From assembly GCA_036172245.1 (NCBI GenBank), contig JAYWIR010000028.1, positions 1,054,001-1,118,000 of the forward strand: a stretch of 64,000 nucleotides of DNA. The letters are read 5' to 3'. The translations under genes were made by a program, and so were the position numbers. Within the stretch, counting starts at the first letter, position 1, and each line of letters opens with the position of its first letter. Shown piece after piece: positions 14,101 to 26,100 of the stretch. Under the pieces are notes generated by a model. That model did not search any database. It saw only the letters and a program-made list of their open reading frames with translations, and was not told where the DNA came from. Source of the stretch: Raillietiella orientalis. Its lineage: Eukaryota.

Positions 14101-17100
14101 CCTCTCCAGAGAGTGCAGAGAAGCGCGCCTATCCCTTCGGGGAAGCTGCGTCCTTCTGATTTTCGGAAGTGTCCCCTTCTGGGTTCTCTTCAGAGGAGTA
14201 AACAGGAGCGAATCCCTTGCGGGGGGTCCCTTCAGAGAAGAAAAAATGGAGGACCCCCTCGGGGGTCCCTTCGGAGAGAATAAGCAAGGAGATTCCCTCC
14301 GGGATTCCCCTTCGGAGACAAGCAGGGTGGAGATGATCTCCATTTACAGGGTTCCCTCCCCAGGCGTGAGAGGAACGGACTCCGAGTCCTTCCTGGATTC
14401 ATAGAGTGGACCTCTCCCGGGGTACCCCCTATCTTGAAGAATTATGCACTCTCGGGTGGCGTGGAACCGTGTCGAAGTGTTGCGAAGGGACGGTAGAGCG
14501 AGAGGGACGCTGGAAAACGCACGGAACCCCACCTTCTCTTGGCGGCTGCGGCCGGAAGCAGTTGGCCCGGAGACTTCAGCTCGTGGCTTCCTCTCCCGTC
14601 ACGAGGCATCTTCTCCGCACCTTCATTGTTTTTTGTTTTTTTTTCCCCCTTTTTTTCCTGTTTGTCTCACCCCCGCCATTTCGAGAAAACGGTTTGCAAT
14701 CTAAAGGAGCGGCATCTACAGCCACTTCCAGCGTGCGCTCTCCGAGTACCGGAAGAAATGTTCAGGAGAAGAAAGCGAAAGCGCACGGTCCAGACGATTC
14801 TTTTTCGGGAAGCCATAGCCGGAAGCAGTTGCCCCGAATCGGATGCGGCTGGTACACGGCGCGCTCCTCCGGAAACCCAGCATTCCACGGATACGTGCTA
14901 TCTTCCCCCCTTCCTTCTCCAGGGGAACTCACCCTCTCTTTCCGGGCGCGCATCCCACCCGCACGTGTGGCACACATCTTCTCCAAGGAAACTGATCGCC
15001 TGGCTTGTTTGTTGCAGAGATCTAAGCCACAATCAAATCTCCAAGGTTGCCGCCGACAGCTTCCAAGGATTGTCGTCCCTGACTTCCATGTGAGTTTTCC
15101 TTCCCCTTTTGCTTTCTCATCCTCGTTCCAACAAACTCTCGCTGTTCTTTTTGTCCTCTCTGCCTCTTTCAACTTGCCTTCCAATGACCTCCTCTATCTC
15201 TCTGCTGCAGAGTTCTGTACGGAAACAAAATATCTTCCTTGCCCGCTGGGATCTTCCATGGATTGCGCTCCCTGCAGCTACTGTAAGTACATGCTCGGTG
15301 GGCCTTCTTGGGCCAACCGAAGACGACCAGACCGGATGGCTTCCTCCACGCAACAACCTTCCTCCTCTTTCAGGCTGCTGAATGCTAACAGGATCAAATG
15401 CATTCGACGGGATACGTTCAAGGATCTGACGAACATGCATCTTCTGTGAGTACCCCCTTGGGCCCGCGTAGGGAAGGCATGCTTTCCGAAGGCTGGGTCC
15501 CCTCCTCCTGTTGCACCGCTGCTCCCGAAATTGCTGCTCCCATTGCAATGCTGGGGAAGAACCACCGCTCTTCCATCTTCCCGAAGGAATTTTTTCGCGG
15601 TGTGTGTGCGCGTGTGTGCGTGCATTGGGAGGGGGGGGGGAGGAAGGAGATCAATCTCCTCGTCGTGGTCCTGTGTTTGTTTTTAACGTGAAAAGGGGGG
15701 ATCCGAGCAGCTCCTCCAGCTTTTGTGCCGGGAAGAAATCGCTGCGACGAATGATGGGCTGGAGTGCGGGGCGGTGCCCGCCGATCAGGCGAGGGTGGCG
15801 AAAGAGACCTTTTTTCTTCGCACTCTCTGCATTTCCAAGTGATCCGTGTCAGGCGGACGCGCTGCCAAGGACCTTCTCATCTTGGAAGCTCGTTCCAGAT
15901 GACTCTCGAAGTGCCGGAGGAAAAAAGAAAAAAAAAATTCCCTCTGCCACCTTTCTCAAGAAAACCACAGAAAAGACATATGGCGTTCATTTTTCTTGCA
16001 CGTTCGCCGGGAATGAGGGACCTCGTTTGTCTCCGCGTGCTCTCCAGGCAGTCGCCCACTCGCCAAGCTTTGACTTAGGGAGTGAGTGGGTGATCCATTA
16101 CTCAAGCTCTTTCTGGGGTCTCCTGGAGTTGTCTCTTCGACGCCTTTCCATAGGACAAGCCGATCCCTATGTCTCCTTCGTCAGGATCATTCAGCACTCC
16201 TTGGTCGCCGTCTAAAATCCTTTCGACCTTTCCCAGGGAAACAGAGTTGCTTGGTCTCCGTACGCAGCTCTCGATGTTGCGGATGTTCTCGGGATTTCTT
16301 CGCGATGCTCGTTTCTCCCCCTTTCCTGATTTCAAGAACTCCTCCGGGAGCATCCGCTGATTGGGAGCCACGCAGGCAGTTGGGTGGCTCCCTTCCGACG
16401 CGAGCGCTTCCTCCCCCGTACGGGGGACCAGGTCGGTAGATTTTCCGCCTGCAAACTCATCCCCTTCAGAGACGAGCAGCCATTGTGCTGCAGTAAGCAT
16501 GAGGCGGACCATCTTCATCTCCCTTCCCTCGTTCTCGGCCCCCTTACGTAGCTTTCCTGAATAAATGAGTTGAGGGCTGCCCCTACCCCTATAAACCTCA
16601 TTTCCGATTACTTTCGCTTCCGTTTTCGTCTTTTCTCATACGTGTTGATGACCTCCGAAGCGAAATAAAATATGCATCACAAGATGCTGAGCGAAAGGGA
16701 AAAAAATTTTTTGTTTTCCGGTGTGTTGAGGAAACACACCAAGAAGAAATTCATCAGCAGCGCTGGGCTTTTTCTCTGTCCTACTTTCTGGATGCCAGCC
16801 ATCCTGGGGGAAACGGCCTTCAGGCAGTTCTGTCGATTGCTGGTGGTGGATGCCTGAGACTTCCAGGTTTTCGACTGTTGGCAGGGGAACACCGGCGACT
16901 TCCGGGTTCCCCGAAGTCCTCCCGAATCCGTGCATTTTCTTCAGAATCCTCAACGAGGAGGAGAGCTTGTTCTCCTTACTGCTAGAGAGGGAACGACGTG
17001 AAACAAAGAGTCCACTTACCTCCTTCAGGAAGTCTGCGCGTTTACCGTGTGCAGGAAAGCAGCACGTCGCGCACCATGGGATTTGGTACGTGAAGTGGGC

Positions 17101-20100
17101 ATCCGCGCCTCACCGCCTGACCTGACAGAAACCTCCCCTGCCAAAGGAAGTGACCCGCAGGCCGGTAAAAGCTTCTCCAGTGGGAGCGGTGCGCTTTCGT
17201 GGAAGAACTTTGGCGGTTGTGCCGCGCCGGCGGTTGTGGCACGCCTTGTTAAGGATGGGTGCGCCTGTGGCGCAGGACGCGAACAGGTGGCGGCGGGTCG
17301 ACGATAGGGGACGTTCCAAGAAGCTTTTTTTTTTTTTTTTTTTTTGGATGGAACCAGCAGTCTTTCTGCAATGTCATTGAGACTCTGTTCAGCGGCTTGA
17401 TGCCTGCATCGCTGCCTGGATTGAAACCCCAAGGGAGATAAGTGGAAAGCCGTGTACAAACGAGGGGCGGGCAGCGAGAAGATGTGAAACCTTTCGTGTC
17501 GGAGAAAGCAGCGACGCTCTTGCAGAGAGAGGATTTACTCCTGCTAAGCTTTTTCCGAAGACGTGGGGGGGGGGAGGGAGGGTCTTCTGTTTAGCTGATG
17601 TCAAGGCAGCGTTCAGCCATGGGCCAATGTCGAATACTCCGAAGTGCGCTGAGTCGTCCGAGAAGTCCCCGAGAACCTTTTCTGCTGAAAGTTTCTATCG
17701 GGGAAGTGCGGAGGCAATGAATACCGGAAAAGGACGCGTTGTTGGTCAGGCCACTTTGCCAGCAAGACGGATCTGGAAATTTAGGGTGCAGATCCGGGGC
17801 AGCGATGCTCGTGGCGGCACCAGCGTCCAAGGCGTTGCTTCGCAACGACTGGGATGCGTGTCCCGGAATCCTTTTCCTCCCCTGGTATGCATCCCTCTTC
17901 TCTTGCGTCGCCCATGCGTCTGGCGCTCCTAAGAGCTCGCGCGTTGCGAGCGCCACCTTCATCCATCGCTTTCCCACTCTGTTATGCCGAGCCCGCCGTA
18001 TTCCTCTTTCTCTTTCTGCTGCCTCACTCCTCTTTCCTGCGTTACATGGCGAACGCTTCTCATTCTCCAAAGGCCACTTTCAGCGCATGCTGCTTGATTC
18101 CTCCTGCTGTACCCAGCCTCATAATGTCACAAGATGATCTCTCCCCGTCTTCGCGTTCTGGATTATCTCTTGCGGCTCCTTCTTGAAGGGTACGATACCG
18201 TCACTAAATGCAGGAAGTGCTTGACTTCCTGGAGCTGCACGGTCCTTCTCTTTTTTCAACCCTCTAATCACCAGATCTGTGGATGAGGTTGAGCATCCCC
18301 GGTGATTCTTACCCGTCTCTAGGACCATTCACTCAGATTAATCCCTCAGTTTACGGTGTCCATGGCTCCAGAAACTGGTTTGAAGCCAAAAACGGGCATT
18401 CTCCTTTTCCATCAACTTTCGGATTATCCTTTGTTTGAAGGTCGAGCTTTTATTATTCGAATTTCTCATTTGAGCAAACTACACACAGAGACGCGTAGAG
18501 ATATGTAGATAGATAGATGTAGTCGCACTTTCTCTCTCCTTTCCACAAAGCAGTTCGGATGTTGTGGTCATCATCCAGGAGCAACCACAGGGAAACCACT
18601 ATCCAATACCTGCTGGTCGTTTTCGAACGCCAAAAAAACCACGCAGATGTGCTCTTCAGTCTGCATCCCACCGTTTTCGGTTATTGGTCCGAGGAAGCTG
18701 TCAAAGTTCGCTTCCAGAAGTTGGTCGTTTGGCTTCGTGGGACTTTCACAGCACGGAGCTTTTTGGTGCTCCGAAGAAACCTTCTCCAAGTTTCGTTGCG
18801 TGAGGCATTGCTTTGCGCCAGAAATAGTTGGTCTGCCCGTCAGCTGCCTCGTCTTTGCCCCACACAGGTGGCAGGATCCAGGGTCCATTCTGCGGAACGT
18901 TCCGAAACAAGTGACGGCATCCTACCGTCATTCAGTGCTGTGAAACACTGCGTGTTCGAATGTGAAGGGAAACGTCACTCTGCTGAAGAAGAATTTGCTT
19001 CCTTCAACGGGGAAAGCTCTTTTAAACGCTTTCTTCCTGCCATTTCTTCCTTCCTCAGGAAATTGCCTGTCGTCTCCATCGTCTGGTTCGAACCCGGCTG
19101 TTTTTCGTCTCCAGAAGCAAGGAACCCTCGGAACCTGCGATTGTAGCAATGTTTTCCATAACGGTGTTTTCCACATTTTCGATTCCGTGTTCCTTTATTC
19201 GTAATTAGCCACGTGGGAGCCATTTCTGGGAAAGCAGGCTGGGTTGTCGATCGTGGCGGCACTCATCCAACTCCTGCCCGGGATTCGCGTCTGCAGTTCC
19301 AAATCTCCCTCTGCCAGGTGGATTCGGCAATCGCCTGCTGGGCAGCAAGAAGGACACGGATCTGCTTTGCACCTTCTCGCACCTTTCTCCTTCCCAAAGG
19401 ATGTTCCGAGCATCCTCGCGCAACCAACGCGCTGGTCTTCGGTTCTTTCGTTCCACCCCCGCGTTGCGTCTTCTTTAGGCTGCTCTTCCTACTGTCGTGG
19501 AAAAGTGCTTCCGGAGCCCAGCATGTCGCGGATAGAGCTGCTTGTCAGACTGGCAGTCGAGTATGCTGCAGACGAAGATTTAGTCGGTGGCTGGTTGGCG
19601 TATAATTGTGCTGATCTTTAGGATGAGACACACTCGTTAGCGCGTTTGGACGGTAAGACACACCAGGATGTAATAAAAGATCGGATCGCGCTTGATCTCT
19701 AGAGACCACTCTCTTGTGTTGGTCTTAGTCGAAGCATCAGTCCTGTGCATGTTTTTCGCTCAAGCAGTGAATGCTTGAGGTTTCCATTCCGGCGTCTTCT
19801 ACACCGGTTTAGTCACTGTGCTTTCATTGCGTTGCTGCGGGCTAAGACGGTTCTGGTTGGGTTTGGTTTGCTCTGTACCTTGGTTGAGTTGCCCTCGGGA
19901 ACGGTTCGACTTCGGAAATCGATCGCCCTCTGGCTTGCATTGCGCGCAGCATCCCGTATTTTCTCATCCGTACTGATTTTAATTTACGCGAAAGGTTCGC
20001 GTGAGTGCCTGCTTGGTGTTCTCTCTTCGCCTTTTCCCGGAGAGTGTTGGGGAAGTTCCCATCCGGCGCTCCTTGTATTCGTGATTATGCGTAGTGGACC

Positions 20101-23100
20101 GTGGTTTTCATCTTCCAATTCTGTAACTCCGATTTTGTCTTAGCGAGTTGCTTGGGAAGCTCCTGGGAGAGAAAGTGGAAACTCGAAAAAAAGCTGTCCA
20201 TTTTCTTCTTTTGCATCTGGTATCTTGTTGCCAAGGTCGTGTTTTGCGTTGGCCACTTCCAAGTCTCAGCATCGTTCTCCCGCTTGAACGAAAGAAACCC
20301 ATTTCTCAACAACTGGCCTTCCCTTTCCGAGTGGCGAGTAAGGGATTTCAGCCATCTTCTGAGGTTGGCACGGAATGAAGGGCTGCGAGCAGAAACGGCG
20401 GCAGTGGTCGGCACGGGTGGTGCACGCACGAGGAGGAACAAAGAGGAGTCATTGTGCACCGAGACTTCGGATGTCTCCCGATTTTTCCCGCAGGACCGTA
20501 TCCGCTGTGGGGGACGTGACGTAAAGCCACACGTTGAAACGCGCGCCAGCGGTAGCTCCCAAGCCAAACATCTCGTTCAGCAGCCTCCATTCGCGAACGT
20601 GGAGCCGAAATTCAGAGGGCGTGCTTTCGCGCAAACCTACTCTTCGCGCGGTCTTGAAGTGATGTCAGTTGCGTGAGCGGCGATTTCGAGCTTTGGGAGT
20701 GGGAGCTCGTGATGCTGGCGGGAAATGCTCTGGAGCAGACGAGAGCAAGTCCGGACGACGTCGGCCGCTCTCCATGATGAGCGAGCCGGCTCTCCGACTC
20801 GGCTCGCTCATCGGCCGCGCTCCTGGTATTGAGAATTCGGCGTTTGGCCCCGGTTCGGTCGACCGGGGAGAAATGCTCCGGCAGATGCGGAAGCGAAGTC
20901 GTTTTCTCTGAGGCGGCGTCCTGCGTGAGGCTGCGTCGGAGCCTCGGCCACCCAACACCCTCCCGGCAGCACGTGATGTGCGCTGGAATGCGAAGAGACG
21001 CGTCTCTTCCAGCTTCCGAATGACCTCATTGAAAGTCGAGTGAAGCAAGATGGCGCCCGGCCTTGCTGGAGCACCAGTCTCGTGCGCGCGAAAGAGAGGT
21101 CCGCCGCGTCTCCAGCGCGGGACGGGAAGGCGCGTCCCACCTCGGGCCTCCGGGTCGCAGGCTCTGGGAGCGAACGCGGGATGCGCGCGAAACCACCGAC
21201 AAGGCGTCGGTTCGCACGTGACACGGCGGAGCGGTGGTTAGAGTCCAAGTCCGCGGGACCTGACGAGGTTTTTGTCACGGGGAAGGAGGAGGGGGAAGGA
21301 AGAGAGAACGCTCGTTCACGGTAACTACACGTCTAGTAGCATCTTGGTCCTCCTTCGACGCAGGAGGAGATGCTGATCTGGAGGCGAACTTTCTCGACAG
21401 CTCAGGGGATTCTTCCGCAGGGTTCCTAAACCACGCCAGGAGGGGTTTGCTCGTCATTCCAAAGTTCGCTTAGCCCCGGGACCAAAACCCGGGTCAGGAA
21501 GATCGCGGGACCAGCCGTAGGTCGATCCACCCGGAAGTCCTGGGATTTTCTTCCGGAGACTCCTCCTTGGAAAGCGCAGATTTCCTCAGCGAGCTCCTTC
21601 CCCTTCCTCAATCTGGACCTTTCGTTCGTTTGGTTCGGGACGCCGGCTTCAAAGGCCGGACTAAAAGGGCGACCCCTCTCTCCTAGGGGCGTTGCTCGGG
21701 AGTTGCTATGGAACAGCAAACGAGCAGCGCAAGGACTGCCACTACCGCGGATTCTGGACACCTAGGAAACGTACCCGCACCCCTCGGCTAGAACTCGCGA
21801 TCTCCGAGAGCCCCCTAGTAGGCTGGTAGGTGGTCTTGCGTCGTTGGCAGTTCAGGTCCGTTCGCCTCCAGGGACGTTCCCAAGGAATGCGGTCCCATTG
21901 CTCCAGTAGGGAGACCCACCGATGCCCCAAGGCAGATCTCCCCCCTCTTCCCATCTCCAGCACTGCCGCCGCCGATATGGCGTTCCCTGCTTGCAGAGCG
22001 AGCGGTCTGCTCCCGCGTGGTCCAACCTCGCTAGTTCAGCGAACTAATCTCCCCCCCCCTCCTTCTCCCCTTTCTTCAGCGCGGACAAAAATGGGCTGCA
22101 TTACAGCCGCATGAGGGAGGAACCTTGCGGTCGCCGCCTCGACTCGGGTCGCGCCAGCCAGTTGGATCCCCTCAAGGGAGGAAAGGGGTCTTCACCTCTT
22201 CGAAGCATCTCCGTTTCGAATCACGGTCCTTTTCGTTTCCATGGCACCCCACCCGCTCTCACCCATAGGGGGTTTGTCGGAACGTCACGGAGGACTTTTC
22301 TTCCCTTGAGGCTGTTGCGAAAGGAGCGCCCGAGGGTCCGGGATGCAACCCTTTCACGGGCTCTGAAGGACCTCCACCGAGGTGGAGGTAGGGGCTCTCC
22401 CCTGTCTCCCTTCCATTGGGCGAACCTTCCTTCCTCCCGGGGTCACGCCGCGGGAAGAAAACGGCGGCGCCACTTCGAGGTGGCTTCTGGAAGACCCCGT
22501 TCGACACATCCCTTTATCTCCCAGGGGGCGATCGGGGGAAAAATAGTAAGGGGAGGAGGGCGTGGGGGTACGCATGTGGTCGCCGTCTTGAAAAAAAAAG
22601 GGGAAAAAAATCGGTTGTTCCCCTTCCCTACCTCCTGCTTTTTCTGTAACCTAGCGATGACTTCCCTCCTTTCCAGGTCGCTCTACGACAACGAGATCCA
22701 GTCGCTTGCTAACGGCACCTTCGCCAGCCTGAATAGGATCCAGACGATGTGAGTCAAACGGCCCCATGGAGGGAGGGGGCTCTCCCGAAAGGGGCCGGAA
22801 TGGCATCGCGGGACAGTCTCATGTCCATGGGAAGGGAGCGAGGCTGGCCGAGAGGCTCGGCCGCGATCCATGTCCTTCCCCCATCCCCCCAGCTCGCACC
22901 TTCGGTTGCCAGGGCGACGCCAGGAGCTTTGCCTTCCCCGGTAGCTCGGCGAAGGTCACCCTCTGGGTCGGAGGAGAAGACGGACGGGCAGGTGGAGGGA
23001 GAGACGCATTTTCCTCCTGCTTTGCCGTCCTGACCGGGCCTTCCGTCCGCCCTAGAGGGAACGCAAGGCTCCCTTCTTCGAGGGCTGTGCCCCCTACTCT

Positions 23101-26100
23101 CCCGGAGGCTGGCCGCCAGGCGTCGGGCGAGCCAGCGCCCAGGATCGAGTGAGGGCGGCCAGAGACGCTAGAGAGCACCACCACCGCCACCTTCTCTGGC
23201 GCGACGCGCACTTCCCGAGTCGCGCCAGATTTCCTGGCGGCTCAGGACGCCGGCTTTCTCCTCCTTCCCTCCCTCCTGACGTCAGACCCCTGACTTGCTG
23301 GTTTCCGACGCCGTGGAGGCGTGGGGACAAGGCAAGCCCTGACCCGTCGAGGTGAGTCACGGGGAGGGAGGAGGAGCGACCGTGTGCTCAGTCGGAAAGC
23401 AGCGTGCGGGAATCCCCCATTCACCCCATTCAGCTGAAGGAAGCAAAAAAAAAAAAAGGTGGTGGTGGTGGTGGCGAGGAGTCTCTAAGGGTGCAGCAAG
23501 AGCTGGGTAGGTGGGCGAGGGCTGAGAGCGGCCTGTGGGCAGGTCGTCTTGGAGCGTCGGTAAGAGGAGAAAAGATTTTGGTCCAGTTCGAACAGCTTCC
23601 ACGAGCGCACACTGAACTCCAAAGCGCTCTCAGTTTGCATCCGAAGCGTTCGAACCGTCCTCCCTCTCGCGAGACTTTCGATAGCGCAGATCTTGGAGGG
23701 GGGCTGGAAGGAAGGATGCAATTTCAAAAGTGCCTTCTCGAAGCCGGGTGCTTCCTCACTGCGCCTTCATCTTCCGCCATCTGCTCTTGGTCTCCGCTAG
23801 CAAAAGAGGAAGAAAGCCTTCTCGCGAGGAAAGCGTCACATCTGCCGTGCTCCTTTCTCTGTCGTTCGTTTCCCTTCTCTTCACCTCCCAGGTCTAACAG
23901 CTTCCGTGCATTCTGTCCAGCGGGAGGTTTTTCCTCCTCTTTTTTTTTTTTTTTTTTTTTTTTATGTGCTTCCATCTCTTTCCTTCTCAGAGAAGCAAAG
24001 TCAGTTTCTTAAAACTGACGCGAGGTGTCAGCAAACAGCGCCAAAATCGAACTAAACGGAGCACGGTGGTAAGTCAGCGCTTAGATACCCCAGACGACGC
24101 CTTTCCTTGCTCACTCCTTTGAGGCGCATCTTCGAAACTTGTTGCCCTCATCTTTGTCATTACTGTAAAAATGAAAGAAAAAATCCTTCGAACGCACCCG
24201 TGTGCATCCATGTGTGTTTTCATCTGACGATCTTGGCTCTCCAATCAGGCACCTCGGACGAAACCCGTTTTTCTGCGACTGCAATTTGCAGTGGCTCGCC
24301 GGATACTTGCGCAGGAACGCCATAGAGACGTCGGGTCCCCGCTGCGAAGGTCCACAGGCTGTATCGAAGAAGAAGATCACGTCCTTGTGGGAATTCGAAT
24401 GTGGGTCTGCCACTGTTTCTACGATGTTTTACTTTTCCCCTCCATCTTTGGCAGGTTCCGACGACGACCCTTCCAACCATCTGGGAGAATGCCTGGTGGA
24501 CCCGGATTGCCCCGACCTGTGCGTGTGCGTTGGCAGTTTAGTGGACTGTTCGAGTAAAGGGCTCACCGAGGTCCCGGAGCGTCTCCCTCTGTACACCACA
24601 GAACTGTGAGTAGTCGGGTGGAGGGTGTTTCGAACGAACCGGCTGTCCCCAGCATTCTCAGCGACAACAGCATCCACATCGTGAGGGCCACGCACCTGTT
24701 CTCCAGCCTTCCCAACCTGCAGAAGGTGGACCTGAGGCGCAACAAGATCTCCAGCATCGAAGGTGGATCTTTTAAAGGCTCCGCTCATCTGGTCGAGCTG
24801 TATGTGCGCCTCTTTTTACTTACAGATGATTGAGAAAGCGTGACGTCATTCTTGTTTCCCTAACGTCGTGCACGCCGCTGCTGACGATTTCACGATTCGA
24901 AGCGCCTGCTGTAACCAATTCTCGCATCAGTACCATGCAGATGGTTAGCGAACGGCTCATCAGCAGGTGCTCATAGCGATGTAGCCGGGTCTCACTGTGA
25001 CCTCCCAGCATCAGATCATGTGCCTTTTCGCGTGTCTTTCAACCTCGGATCTGTTGCTCTGAGCTTCTTCTTTGGAAATTGTGTCTTCCGCGGTCGAAGT
25101 TCTGATCTGCCTTCCGCAAAGAATCTTTTCCCGTTTTTTTTTTTTTTTTTTCCCTGGGAGGAAGGGAGTTGATCCGGGAATGCATCAGAGATAAGGAAGC
25201 TGCGTGTGGAGGTTCAAGGGTGCAATTCTCGAGAATAAACGACGGCTTCACCAACTGGCGATTTCCTCCCGTCCAGCCCTTGCTGCGGGTGATAAGGGAG
25301 CGACCGCGAGCAGGCAGGTCTTCTCTCTTACAGCATCTTCCGCCTACCTCCGTCTTCCTTTTCCTCTCATCTTTTCGAGATCCTCTCCAATATCCTCGTG
25401 TCCGTACCTTGTTTCAACGATGAAGCCGTTTTCTCGGTGCCCCTCGCCGGTCCGCGCCCTTGGATACTTCCGCAGATTCGGACCCTTGGTCCCCGTGCAG
25501 GCTGGCGATCGGCTGCAGAGAAATTCGGCGCAGCATCGTAGAATCCGGGGCACATGCCATCCGCAACCAGTCATCAGCATCTCCACCCCCTTTTCCACTT
25601 CCGTGGCTCGTTGCTTCGCGCACCTCTCCTCCAATAACTCGGGGTCTCTTCCACCATGAGAGGCGAATGCGCCGCGACCAGGAATCGGAGAACGTGTGCG
25701 TGCGGAAGGAACGCGTGCACAGTGAGGTCCAGATGTGTGTCGTCGGAAGGGGTCGGGGCTTGGCGAAAAATGCCCGCGTTGCACAAGCATGGGTGCTGCG
25801 AAGGCCCTGTGGGCCTTCCGGCGTGTCCGCCCTCTCGCTTTCTCCTCTTTCTTCCGAAAAAAGTGAGTCGATCTCTTGGGAGCGCTGCTTGACGGCGAAG
25901 GACCTGTGTGGGGGGGGGGGGATGTCATCACCGAAGGGAGCGTGAGTGAGGTTTGCCTCTTCCCGGAATTTGATCCGCATTAAAAAGCATTTCCAGCGAG
26001 CCGCAGTCGTGCTCATCTTCTGCACTAAGCTTGTGGCCCTTTGCAGGTTGCTGGCAGACAACAACATCCGTGAGGTCCACAACAAGATGCTCGTAGGCCT

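Noticed and set aside
14171..14340. CRISPR-like repeat-spacer appearance
   Set aside because: The units are degenerate, the 'spacers' resemble each other, there are no cas genes and the context is a eukaryotic intron.
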